Part shown: positions 40,796 through 50,953 of the stretch, piece after piece
Position numbering within the stretch: the first letter of the stretch is position 1
Layout: every line of letters starts with the position of its first letter
Assembly: GCA_963794325.1 (NCBI GenBank)
Contig: CAWCDG010000004.1
Span: 1,152,001 to 1,216,000 of the forward strand
From: an uncultured delta proteobacterium
GTDB lineage: Bacteria > Desulfobacterota > Binatia > Binatales > Binataceae
DNA: 64,000 nt
Reading direction: 5' to 3'
Translations under genes and position numbers: made by a program
The notes under the pieces: model-generated
What the model saw: the letters and a program-made list of their open reading frames with translations, nothing else
What the model was told of the DNA's origin: nothing
Databases searched by the model: none

Positions 40796-41494
40796 GTGCG
40801 AAACGGACCCCTGGTTCATCGACGCGCCCACGCATCGCGATTTGCCTACGGCGCGCCGTCGCCGTTGGAGCGTCTGCAATCGTTATCGGTATTCGGCAAC
40901 CCGCGGACGTTCTCGCGTTCGGGACGTAGCATGCCAATCGAGCCGGCTCCGTTGGAGAATCAGCGTTTGCAACTCGGCAGCCGCCTCCCGATTAACCTGC
41001 GGCATTTCCTGGCCGAGCAACTGGGCGCCTCGATGCGAATCGAGGACGACTCGATCGTCGCGCTCGAGCCGCGCTCGAATGAAACCTTGATGCGCGAGCT
41101 GGCCCGCGCGATTCGACGCTTTTCCGCCGAGCGCGCGCGCGAAGCATGGTGCGAATGTGCGATGGGGCTCGATCGGCTCGAGCGCGAGTTCTTCGCCGCG
41201 CCCAGCGAAAATCGCGGACCGGTAGTATTGTGCCTGCGATGCTCCTGCGTGGGCGCCGGCCCCCTCGATCAGCATTGCGGCAGCCGATGTATCGCAGTCC
41301 ACCTGGGCGCCGAAGTGCGCGCGCAGCAACTCGAAGGCAAATGCGTCGATGGAACCCTTACGCCCGACGCGTTGCATCGCGCAGTCGAGAATTTCCGCCT
41401 CCACCGCACCCACGCCGGCCAGCCTCATTATGACCTGGACTGTTACGTAGCCGGCGGCCAGGTAATCTTCACCTGGCGCCCGCTGCCCGCTTAG
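40796..41494 (+). CDS. Cys-rich hypothetical protein
   Basis: GGGAGG 8 nt before GTG 40796 (alternative ATG 40931); WCEC, CLRCSC, HCGSRC. Confidence 0.55.
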   Translation: MRNGPLVHRRAHASRFAYGAPSPLERLQSLSVFGNPRTFSRSGRSMPIEPAPLENQRLQLGSRLPINLRHFLAEQLGASMRIEDDSIVALEPRSNETLMRELARAIRRFSAERAREAWCECAMGLDRLEREFFAAPSENRGPVVLCLRCSCVGAGPLDQHCGSRCIAVHLGAEVRAQQLEGKCVDGTLTPDALHRAVENFRLHRTHAGQPHYDLDCYVAGGQVIFTWRPLPA

Positions 41495-41555
41495 AGTAAG
41501 CCGCGCGACAGAAAGGAAATTTTCAGCCAATCACCATCGCAATGTTGATTCACTG

Positions 41556-41590
41556 AAAAAAGAAAAAGGTGCTGGATTTCTCCAGCACCT
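41556..41590 (-). terminator. Rho-independent terminator of rpsU
   Basis: Minus strand AGGTGCTGGA-GAAA-TCCAGCACCT followed by TTTTCTTTTTT. Confidence 0.9.
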
Positions 41591-41615
41591 GATTGGCAAT
41601 CGAAATTTTATTCGG

Positions 41616-41813
41616 TTACATCGCGGAGGCGCGACGGCGGCGCTGTTCCTTACGGCGGCGGCGCTGGGCCTCGGAACGTTTGCGCTTACGACGGACGCTG
41701 GGCTTCTCGTAAAAAGCCCGCTTCTTCATCTCTTTGAAAACGCCCTCCTTGGCCAGCTTGCGTTTGAGCACTCGCATCGCTTGATCAAGAGAGCCTTCGA
41801 CCCGAATTTCCAT
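41616..41813 (-). CDS. rpsU: 30S ribosomal protein S21
   Basis: LDQAMRVLKRK..EG..FYEKPS; GGAGG RBS. Confidence 0.96.
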   Translation of the reverse strand: MEIRVEGSLDQAMRVLKRKLAKEGVFKEMKKRAFYEKPSVRRKRKRSEAQRRRRKEQRRRRASAM

Positions 41814-41845
41814 AGTCCTCCGTCCGTCCGGTGATTAGCCTGTCG

Positions 41846-41874
41846 AGTCTAAGTCCGCCTCTGGTCAGAGTCAA
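41846..41874 (-). promoter_or_regulatory. Sigma-70-type promoter of rpsU
   Basis: Minus strand TTGACT-17 nt-TAGACT. Confidence 0.75.
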
Positions 41875-41967
41875 CCTGCGACGACGCGTCGCAATTCCTC
41901 TTCATGCTCGCAATGCCGGTCTGGTACAACAAATCACCTGCGCGGTGGGCGGCATCGACACCGTCGC

Positions 41968-41999
41968 GGGGGTTGACCCCTGCACCCTGTATTAGGAAG
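41968..41999. repeat. Partial M2 module
   Basis: GGGGGTTGACCCCTGCACCCTGTATTAGGAA, similar to 26503-26531. Confidence 0.65.
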
Positions 42000-42014
42000 T
42001 AGAGGAGCTTCGAG

Positions 42015-42794
42015 ATGGATTTGGGTCTCACCGGGAAAGTCGCGATGGTCACTGGCGCCAGCCGCGGGATCGGTCGCGCGATCGCTCATGCGCTCGCGGA
42101 CGAGGGCATGTACCTCAGCGTTTGTGCGCGCACGCAGGAGACCCTCACCGAAGCGGTCGCCGCGTTGACCTACACCGGGTCGGCGCCGCGGCCTGCGATG
42201 GGATTCGTCGGCGACATCACAAAGGCCGAAGACGCGCAGCGATGGGTCGATGAGACCGTTAAAAAATTCGGCGGTATCGACGTGCTCGTCAACAATGCCG
42301 GATCGGCGCGTCCGGGGACGCTCGCAGAGCTGCCCGAGTCAGCATGGCAGGAGCAGTTCGATCTGAACCTGTTCGCGCCGGTGCGGCTGGCCCGCCTGTG
42401 CGCCGCGCAAATGGAGAAGCGCCCTGGCGGCTCGATTATCAATATTGGATCGATCTACGGGCGTGAGTCGGGAGGGCCGCTGACCTACAACGCGTCGAAG
42501 GCCGCGCTGCATTCGTTCACCAAGATGCTCGCGCGCGAGTTCGCGCCGAAAAATATCCGCGTCAACACGATCGCTCCCGGCTCGATACTCACCGCCGGCG
42601 GAATCTGGGAGCAGCTCTTTCGCGAGAATCCAGCGTTCGAGAAGGATTTCATCAGCCACGAGATGCCGGCTGGGCGCCTCGGCCGTCCTGACGAAGTCGC
42701 GTACGCAGTCGTGATGCTCGCGTCGCCGCGCGCGAGCTGGATCACCGGCGCAAACATCCCGGTGGACGGCGCGCAGGGACGCTCGATCCTCTGA
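42015..42794 (+). CDS. Short-chain dehydrogenase/reductase
   Basis: TGASRGIG, NNAG, YNASK, VDG. Confidence 0.95.
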   Translation: MDLGLTGKVAMVTGASRGIGRAIAHALADEGMYLSVCARTQETLTEAVAALTYTGSAPRPAMGFVGDITKAEDAQRWVDETVKKFGGIDVLVNNAGSARPGTLAELPESAWQEQFDLNLFAPVRLARLCAAQMEKRPGGSIINIGSIYGRESGGPLTYNASKAALHSFTKMLAREFAPKNIRVNTIAPGSILTAGGIWEQLFRENPAFEKDFISHEMPAGRLGRPDEVAYAVVMLASPRASWITGANIPVDGAQGRSIL

Positions 42795-43888
42795 TGCGGT
42801 TTTTTCAGGATTCCCTCCTCACTGTTGCGGCCCTTACTTTCATCGGATGCAGCTCGCCGCTGCCGAGCACCGAACTCCCGCCCGCACGGTACATCCAATC
42901 TGCGCCGGAATTTCCCGGCTTTCACGACTACCGCGGAATCGTCGATCTTCCGATTAAACAATCGGGGATGGATCAATCCGGAATCGCGGACCTGGCCAAG
43001 GCGTCGCAAATCGATTTCGTGTTTCTTGCCGATCACGTCGAGCCGGGCGAGACCGACTTCGGCATCTCCGGATTCACCAACGACATTCTCTTCATCGCGG
43101 GCGGCGCATTCGATGTCGCCGGCAGCCAGATAATCGGCGTGAACCTCCACGAGCCGATCAAGCCCAACCTCACGCCCAACGATTTGATTTCGGCGATTCA
43201 CGACCAGGGCGGGCTCGCGATTGCGGTTGACCCCGCGAAGTTCGCGTCGTCCGAAGACTACGCGCTCGCCGACGCGATGGAAATTTACAGCCAGCGCTCG
43301 GCTTGGCTCGCGCAAAGTTCCACCACGCTCTACTTGCGCGCGATTTTTTTCGGCACCGACCATTTCCTCGCGGGCCTCGACCTTCGTCCAGACGCGAATC
43401 TCGCGCTTTATGATCGGATCAATTCCGGCGCGCGGGTCGCGATGCTCGCGGGGACGGGCGCGCCTGACAACCTGAACGTCATGGGCGCGAAGGTCGGGAC
43501 GCTGCCGCAACTTTTTCTCTTCTGCACGACGCATCTGCTGGCGCGCGAGCGTAATACCGATCCGATCCTCGAAGCGCTCCGCCTCGGGCATTCGTATGTC
43601 AGCTTCGACTATCTCGGCTACGTCGGCGCGTTCGCGTTTTTCGCGCGCGCCGGAGACACGATCGCGATGATGGGCGATGAAATTCACCTGGCACCCGGCC
43701 TGACCCTCAAGACCGAACTGCCCGCGCCGGCCGATCGAATCGCGATGTATCAAAACGGCGCCGAAGTAACCTCAGCCGACAACGCATCGACGCTGGAGTT
43801 CGCACCGAAGTCCCCGGGCAGTTACCGAATCGAAGCGTATCGCGCCGGCAAGATGTGGATCCTGTCGAACCCCGTGTACGTGCGCTGA
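42794..43888 (+). CDS. Lipoprotein with degenerate PHP/CehA-McbA-like metallohydrolase fold
   Basis: Lipobox-like FIG-C; DYRGIVD, FLADH, GHSYVSFD, WILSNPVYV; several usual His ligands appear missing. Confidence 0.6.
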   Translation: MRFFQDSLLTVAALTFIGCSSPLPSTELPPARYIQSAPEFPGFHDYRGIVDLPIKQSGMDQSGIADLAKASQIDFVFLADHVEPGETDFGISGFTNDILFIAGGAFDVAGSQIIGVNLHEPIKPNLTPNDLISAIHDQGGLAIAVDPAKFASSEDYALADAMEIYSQRSAWLAQSSTTLYLRAIFFGTDHFLAGLDLRPDANLALYDRINSGARVAMLAGTGAPDNLNVMGAKVGTLPQLFLFCTTHLLARERNTDPILEALRLGHSYVSFDYLGYVGAFAFFARAGDTIAMMGDEIHLAPGLTLKTELPAPADRIAMYQNGAEVTSADNASTLEFAPKSPGSYRIEAYRAGKMWILSNPVYVR

Positions 43889-43913
43889 GAGCGCGCGAGA
43901 CGCGAAGAACTAA

Positions 43914-44048
43914 ATTGAATGTGAAACCCGCGGTGGGTTTCACGCTTTCGGGTAGGAGGGTCCGGGAAATTACCTCGCCCGTTATGTTACGGGAGAGGAG
44001 GCCGGCCGCATCGCGGCCGGTAGGTGAGGGTTCTGCGGCTCAAGATGC
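43914..44048. repeat. Composite palindromic repeat (M1 plus M3)
   Basis: M1 at 43921-43943; M3 at 43971-44030. Confidence 0.9.
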
Positions 44049-44061
44049 AAGCGTTCGCCTA

Positions 44062-45387
44062 TTACGCGATCGAGCACATCAGCGAATGCCCGGTGGCGGA
44101 ATCGACGCGCACGTTGACGGTGTCGCCCGCGCAAATTCCTTCGACGCCCTTGAAGATCGCAGTTTTGAATTGCGGCGTCTTGCCCGAAATCATGCCGCCG
44201 CCGCGCCGCGCCGGTCCTTCGACCAGCACCGGGAACTCGCAGCCGACCATCGCGCGATTGCGCGCCAGCGACATCTCTTCCTGCAATGCGATCAGGGCCG
44301 TCAGCCGGCGGCCCTTCACGTCTTCGTCGACGGAATCGCCAAGGCGAAATGCGCGCGTGTGCTCGCGCACCGAATATTTGAACATGAACGCGGAGTCGTA
44401 GCCGACTTCGCGCATGATCGCGGTCGTCGCCTCGAAGTCTGATTCCTCTTCGCCATGAAATCCGACGATGATGTCGGTCGAGAGCGCGACTCCGGGAATC
44501 GCTGTGCGCACGCGCGCAACCAGGTCGAGATATTCGGCGACGGTGTAGCCGCGTTCCATCGCGGTCAGGATTCTGTCGGAGCCTGACTGAATCGGCAGGT
44601 GCAGTTGCGGCTGGACCTTCGGCTCGGTCGCCATCGCCTCGATAATCGACTCGCTCATGTCGCTCGGATGCGGCGACGTAAATCGAATCCGCTCAATTCC
44701 GTCGATCGACGCGATCATCCTGAGCAGCGCGCCGAAGCCGGTCTCGCCGAAGCGGTACGCGTTGACGGTTTGCCCGAGCAGGACGACCTCTTTGACGCCG
44801 CTCGCAGCAAGTTCGCCAATTTCGCGCATCAGGTCGGCGGGAGGAATCGAGCGCTCGCGGCCGCGCACGTACGGCACGACGCAGAACGCGCAGAATTTGT
44901 CGCATCCGCGCATCGCAGTCACGTAGGCGCGCACGCCGCCGCCGTAGTCGGGAGTGATATCGGCGTAAGTCTCAGCGCGATCGAGCCGGACGTCGATGGA
45001 CGCATCGAAGCCGGCGTTGCCGATCATTTCAGGCAGGCGGCGGTAACTGTCGGGTCCTGCGACCACGTCGAGGAACGGGGCCTTTTCCACGATCGCGACG
45101 CGATTATGCTGCGCCATGCATCCGAGCAGGCCGAGCTTCACCTCCGGCCGCGAATTCTTCAGCCGCGCCAGTTCCCGAAGCCGGTGCAGGACCTTCTCTT
45201 CGGCATGCTCGCGAATCGCGCAGGTGTTGAGCAGCACGACGTCCGCATCCTCGACACCGTCGGCAGTGACGTAACCCGCGCGGCGCAAAACGGCACTGAC
45301 CGTTTGCGAATCGGCAACATTCATCTGGCATCCGTAAGTCTCGAGATAGACCCGCGGATGAGTGGGATTTGCGGCGCGCTCGTTCAT
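44062..45387 (-). CDS. miaB: tRNA-2-methylthio-N6-dimethylallyladenosine synthase MiaB
   Basis: TYGCQMN, NTCAIRE, GCMAQ, CDKFCAFC radical SAM motif, RIRFTSPHP, C-terminal TRAM domain. Confidence 0.96.
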   Translation of the reverse strand: MNERAANPTHPRVYLETYGCQMNVADSQTVSAVLRRAGYVTADGVEDADVVLLNTCAIREHAEEKVLHRLRELARLKNSRPEVKLGLLGCMAQHNRVAIVEKAPFLDVVAGPDSYRRLPEMIGNAGFDASIDVRLDRAETYADITPDYGGGVRAYVTAMRGCDKFCAFCVVPYVRGRERSIPPADLMREIGELAASGVKEVVLLGQTVNAYRFGETGFGALLRMIASIDGIERIRFTSPHPSDMSESIIEAMATEPKVQPQLHLPIQSGSDRILTAMERGYTVAEYLDLVARVRTAIPGVALSTDIIVGFHGEEESDFEATTAIMREVGYDSAFMFKYSVREHTRAFRLGDSVDEDVKGRRLTALIALQEEMSLARNRAMVGCEFPVLVEGPARRGGGMISGKTPQFKTAIFKGVEGICAGDTVNVRVDSATGHSLMCSIA

Positions 45388-45494
45388 AGGACGAAACGAA
45401 ATCTTAGGCCACCACGCCTCGTCGATACAACGCGGCGCCGCGCATAAGCCTTGCCGGGAATCGCCGCGATACTTAAATTTCTGCCACGACTTCT

Positions 45495-45692
45495 ATGCCA
45501 GAGAATCGCAGGCCATCATTCGAGCGGATGGAAGCCACTTTGCTGGCGTGTCCGCAATGCAAGCGCGCGGTGAAGGTGCGCAAGCGGCTCCTGCTGGTCC
45601 TGCCAAATGGCGACAAGTATCTGTACGTCTGCCCCGATTGCGGATCGACCTGCGGCGAGACAATCGAGACCCCGCCGCCGGGAATCCGCTGA
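45495..45692 (+). CDS. Small zinc-ribbon protein
   Basis: CPQC...CPDCG; divergent from miaB. Confidence 0.75.
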   Translation: MPENRRPSFERMEATLLACPQCKRAVKVRKRLLLVLPNGDKYLYVCPDCGSTCGETIETPPPGIR

Positions 45693-45721
45693 TCATGCGA
45701 CAACCTCCCCGTTAAAGCTTT

Positions 45722-45838
45722 CTAACAGGGACGAAGTCCCGCATCTTTGTCCTGATACTGGGTGCAGGGGTCACCCCTGCCGAAGGAGGTGTGGAACCCA
45801 CCGCGGGTTCCACATTCAATAAAGTGACTTACCCTTCC
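45722..45838. repeat. Composite palindromic repeat (M5-M2-M1) overlapping the PadR stop codon
   Basis: Nearly the reverse complement of 26442-26556; M1 at 45791-45813. Confidence 0.92.
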
Positions 45839-46377
45839 TTACCGCGCATGCCATCGAGATCGCGCATCGCGCGCTCGAGGATCTCCCGCACTTTGTCGAT
45901 TCGCTCCTGCGATGCGCTCTCGCCTGCTACTGCCCGAAATGCGGCCTTGACCAGGCGCTCGGCGGGGCCGCGGATTTCGGCGGCGTCCGGGTCGTTCGCA
46001 TGACGCCATCCGGCCCATCGACGTGCTCGCCACCAGATGCGTCGCACGGTCTCGTCCTCGCGCTTGAGTTCGGCGGCGCCGGCGTCGGTGATCGCGTAAA
46101 CGCGCTTGCCTTCCTTCGAGTCCGACGAAATCAGACCCTCATCTTCGAGTTGCTGTAGCGTCGGATAAACCGTCCCGGCGCTGGCGCTGTAGATTCCGCC
46201 TGATCGCTCTTCGAGCTGACGCATCAGCTCGTAGCCGTGTTTCGGGCCATCTGCGATCAACGACAGTAGCGCGAGCCGAACTTCGCCCGGGCCGAAGAAT
46301 CGCGCCCGCATGCCCATCATGCCGAATTCTGCCCAGTGGCCACGTCTTTGAAACCGTCGAGTTCCACAAACCATCAT
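45829..46377 (-). CDS. PadR-family transcriptional regulator
   Basis: GEVRLALL, PKHGYEL, SAGTVYPTLQQLEDEGL, KRVYAITDAG; GGAGG RBS. Confidence 0.93.
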   Translation of the reverse strand: MMVCGTRRFQRRGHWAEFGMMGMRARFFGPGEVRLALLSLIADGPKHGYELMRQLEERSGGIYSASAGTVYPTLQQLEDEGLISSDSKEGKRVYAITDAGAAELKREDETVRRIWWRARRWAGWRHANDPDAAEIRGPAERLVKAAFRAVAGESASQERIDKVREILERAMRDLDGMRGKEG

Positions 46378-46415
46378 GAGTGACCCTCCGTAACACCGTA
46401 ATACACGATGGAAGG

Positions 46416-46431
46416 TATATCGTACGATATA
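46416..46431. promoter_or_regulatory. Perfect 16-bp palindrome, likely PadR autoregulatory operator
   Basis: TATATCGTACGATATA, about 40 bp upstream of the PadR start. Confidence 0.7.
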
Positions 46432-46507
46432 GCTGGAGTCAATGCGAAAACTACCGCTTCGTCTTACTTACTGGACTATTCCCGGTTTTTGCAGAACTAG
46501 CGACGCT

Positions 46508-46912
46508 TCAGCCCATGACGTGCACAGACGCCGGCTCGATCACGTACGTCACGCGCTTCTCGCCTGGCGTGCGGAAGGGATATTTGTCCTGATTCAGGTA
46601 CTTCTTGGCGAGGCTGTCGATGTGCGCGTCGGCGTCCTTCTCGTCTTCGGCGATCACCGGACCGCGGATCGTCAGGTGCCGGTAGGCATTGTCGGGATCG
46701 ACGATCGCGAGCGCGACCTTCGACCCGACCTTCATGTTCTTAGCCTTGACCCGTCCGCGCGCCGTGTTGATTCGGATTTTTCCGTTGGTGTAATCGAACC
46801 ACACCGGACTCACTTGCGGGGAGCCGTCGGGCATCACTGTCGCGATATTCGCCAGCGGTTTCTTTGTCGTGAGAAGGTCGAGAAATTTCTCGGGAATCTT
46901 GCTCGATGCCAT
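46508..46912 (-). CDS. PPOX-class (probably F420-dependent) oxidoreductase
   Basis: ATVMPDGSPQVSPVW, RVKAKN, DSLAKKYL; AAGGAG RBS before ATG 46912. Confidence 0.9.
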   Translation of the reverse strand: MASSKIPEKFLDLLTTKKPLANIATVMPDGSPQVSPVWFDYTNGKIRINTARGRVKAKNMKVGSKVALAIVDPDNAYRHLTIRGPVIAEDEKDADAHIDSLAKKYLNQDKYPFRTPGEKRVTYVIEPASVHVMG

Positions 46913-47129
46913 CGGCGGTACTCCTTGGTTATGTCGGATATGAATCCAGACTAGACGATCGTTCGCGTGAGGCAACTGTTGCAATCGGGACAAATTCGGC
47001 GCCGGTTTGTGGGAGAATCTGCGGGATGAATTTGACACCTACATTTGCATGCGTTAATAGCCAAGCTTAAGCTCGAATCTGGAATGCGGCGCGGGAACGA
47101 TGCCCGTTTGCGCCGAGGAGTATTTTGCG

Positions 47130-47672
47130 ATGGCGCTGTTCAACAAAGAGCCCGAAAAGAATCCAAAAATTCAACCGACTATCGTGCCGCAAGCATCCAG
47201 CACGCCCACTCCTTCAACTTCGACCACCGCTGCGTCGCCGGCTCCCCGATCCAACGGACCAGCTCCGGCGGACGGCCGTGCGTATCTTGATCGCGGATCG
47301 AAAATTTCGGGCAAGATCTCGTTCGAGGGCCCGGCCCGAATCGACGGCGAGGTTGACGGCGAGATCAACGCCAAAGACGCTCTGACAATCGGTGAGTCTG
47401 CGGTGATCACCGCGCACATCCGCGCCGCCTCGGTGTCGGTCGCCGGCAAGGTCAGTGGCGATATCGTCGCGACTCAGCGAATCGAGATCCGCCCGTCGGC
47501 CAAGGTCAGCGGCAATATCACGGCGCCGGTGCTGTCGGTGCAGGAAGGCGCGCAGTTCGAGGGGCACTGCTCGATGCAGCCCGAGGGTATCCGCGAGGAC
47601 CGCAAAGTCACAGTATTCCCCAAGGAGGAGCGCGTGGCGCAAGCCGCCGTCGGAGGGCAGAAGCAGGCCTGA
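47130..47672 (+). CDS. Bactofilin (polymer-forming cytoskeletal protein)
   Basis: GAGGAG RBS; RIDGEVDGEI, V.GKV.GDI, GAQFEGHCSM. Confidence 0.92.
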   Translation: MALFNKEPEKNPKIQPTIVPQASSTPTPSTSTTAASPAPRSNGPAPADGRAYLDRGSKISGKISFEGPARIDGEVDGEINAKDALTIGESAVITAHIRAASVSVAGKVSGDIVATQRIEIRPSAKVSGNITAPVLSVQEGAQFEGHCSMQPEGIREDRKVTVFPKEERVAQAAVGGQKQA

Positions 47673-47767
47673 AACTGCCCCGGCCGGTTGAGCTAGTAAT
47701 AGGTCCGCGTTCCCGATTCCGATGATGGAGAGAACTTCGATAGTCCCCCCAGGGGAGACGCCGTAAT

Positions 47768-48235
47768 ATGCATATCCCGCCGAATTGGGGGACGTTCTTT
47801 GCGCTGATTGTTTCGTTCCTGGTTTTCTGGTTTATATTCAGCCGATTATTTTTTCGCCCGTTCCTGAACCTGCTGTCCGAGCGCGAGCGCAGATTCAAGG
47901 ACTTGAACGATCGCACCGAGCTATTGATCAAGCAGGCGCGCGCCGCCGAAGAGGAACGTGAAGCGCGGCTCGCCGAGGTAAGGAAGGGCGCATTCGCGCG
48001 GCGCGAGAGCGAAAGGCGTGCGGCTGAAGCAGAAGCCGCGCAATTGATGGAAGCGGCGAAGGCCGAGGCGCGGGAGACGCTCGAGCAGGTTCGCGCGAAA
48101 ATTGAGACGGAGCTGAAGGCGGCAGAACACGAGCTCGAGCAGATGGGACACAGCCTGGCGAGCGAGCTCGCCGAGCGCGTGCTGGGCCGGCCCTTGAATG
48201 GCGGCGTAGCGACAACGACAGGCAAAAACAATTAG
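47768..48235 (+). CDS. ATP synthase F0 subunit b'
   Basis: One N-terminal TM helix, FFRPFL, charged coiled coil, VLGR end; operon position. Confidence 0.85.
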   Translation: MHIPPNWGTFFALIVSFLVFWFIFSRLFFRPFLNLLSERERRFKDLNDRTELLIKQARAAEEEREARLAEVRKGAFARRESERRAAEAEAAQLMEAAKAEARETLEQVRAKIETELKAAEHELEQMGHSLASELAERVLGRPLNGGVATTTGKNN

Positions 48236-48256
48236 GCGCGACTGATTCAACATCAA

Positions 48257-48841
48257 ATGAAGAAGTGGACCACATCGGCGGCGATTCTCGCTGCCGCTTT
48301 TTTTGTGTACGGCGTCCCTTATGCCCATGCGGCGGAAGGCGCGGGCGCAGAGCACGGCTCATGGCTGCTGCTGACCTTCTTCGTGATCAACTTTGCGCTG
48401 TTCGTTGGCGTGATCGCTTATTTCGCCGGTTCGCCAATACGGAAATTCTTCGCCGATCGCGCTGTCACCATTCGCACCTCCCTGTCGCGAGCGCAGAGTG
48501 CGCTGAACGAGGCCGAAGATCTGGCCAACAAGGCCGCCGCGCGGATGGCCGCGCTGTCGGCGGAGTTGAAGAAGCTGGCCGACGAGCTCGAGCAGGAAAC
48601 TGCTTTCCAGGTCGGCAAGGTCAAGGACCTCGCGAAGTCGGCCGCCGAAAGAATTCGTCGCGACACCGGGATGAGCAGTTCCGCGTTGTCGGAAGCCGCA
48701 AAGCGGCGCGTGCGCGCGCAGTTGGCCGAATCCGCCGCCACGCTCGCGAGCGATCTGATTGGCCGCAATTTTCAGCCTGCCGACCAGGGCCGGCTTATCG
48801 ACGGTTTCATGGACAAGCTCGGCAGCGGTGACCGCCGATGA
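48257..48841 (+). CDS. atpF: ATP synthase F0 subunit b
   Basis: INFALF TM helix, PIRKFFADR, coiled coil, DQGRLID; precedes delta. Confidence 0.85.
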   Translation: MKKWTTSAAILAAAFFVYGVPYAHAAEGAGAEHGSWLLLTFFVINFALFVGVIAYFAGSPIRKFFADRAVTIRTSLSRAQSALNEAEDLANKAAARMAALSAELKKLADELEQETAFQVGKVKDLAKSAAERIRRDTGMSSSALSEAAKRRVRAQLAESAATLASDLIGRNFQPADQGRLIDGFMDKLGSGDRR

Positions 48842-49371
48842 AAGGTTCGCGAGTCGCCAAGCGCTACGCGCGCGCCCTGCTCGACCTGGCCGACCGGGGC
48901 AACGAAGAAAAGTGGGGCGCCGAGCTCGAACGGTTGGCCGCGATGGTCGAGTCGCCCGAGCTCATCGAGCGTCTCGCGTCGCCCGAGCTGCCCGAACAAT
49001 CGCGGCAGGAAGCGATGGCGAAGATTGCCGAGCGCCTGAATCTCAGCTTTCCGGTGCGCTCGTTCGCTGTTGTGATCGCTCGCCACGGACGGATTCGCGA
49101 AATCGGCGCGATCGCCGAGTCGTATCGCGACCTGCTCGATCAGAAGATGGGCCGTGAGCGCGCGACGCTCACCTTTGCGATCAAACCTTCGGACGCCGAA
49201 GTTGCGCGAGTAGTGAGCGGACTTGAGAATATCGCCAAACTGAAAATCATCCCGACCGTGAAAGTCGATGCCGCGCTGCTCGGCGGCGTCACCGCGGAAC
49301 TGGGCGGAAGAATTTACGACGGCAGCCTTGCAACTCGCCTCGCGGAGGCCAAGCGCCGGCTCGCGGGCTAG
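48838..49371 (+). CDS. atpH: ATP synthase F1 subunit delta
   Basis: [22 protein letters not shown]. Confidence 0.93.
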   Translation: MKGSRVAKRYARALLDLADRGNEEKWGAELERLAAMVESPELIERLASPELPEQSRQEAMAKIAERLNLSFPVRSFAVVIARHGRIREIGAIAESYRDLLDQKMGRERATLTFAIKPSDAEVARVVSGLENIAKLKIIPTVKVDAALLGGVTAELGGRIYDGSLATRLAEAKRRLAG

Positions 49372-49390
49372 GCAGGAAAACTACATCTAT

Positions 49391-50935
<1,545 letters not shown>

Positions 50936-50953
50936 TCGCGATAGCGTTCCACG

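Noticed and set aside
25743-45813. Recurrent short ORF starts MEPTAGST/MKPTAGFT/MKPAVGFT in the ORF track
   Set aside because: They are translations of the M1 palindrome (GTG GAA CCC...), mostly antisense to real genes; the same artefact inflates the P450 N-terminus
47032-47060. TTGACA upstream of the bactofilin-atp block
   Set aside because: No good -10 hexamer at 16-18-nt spacing; not reported as a promoter
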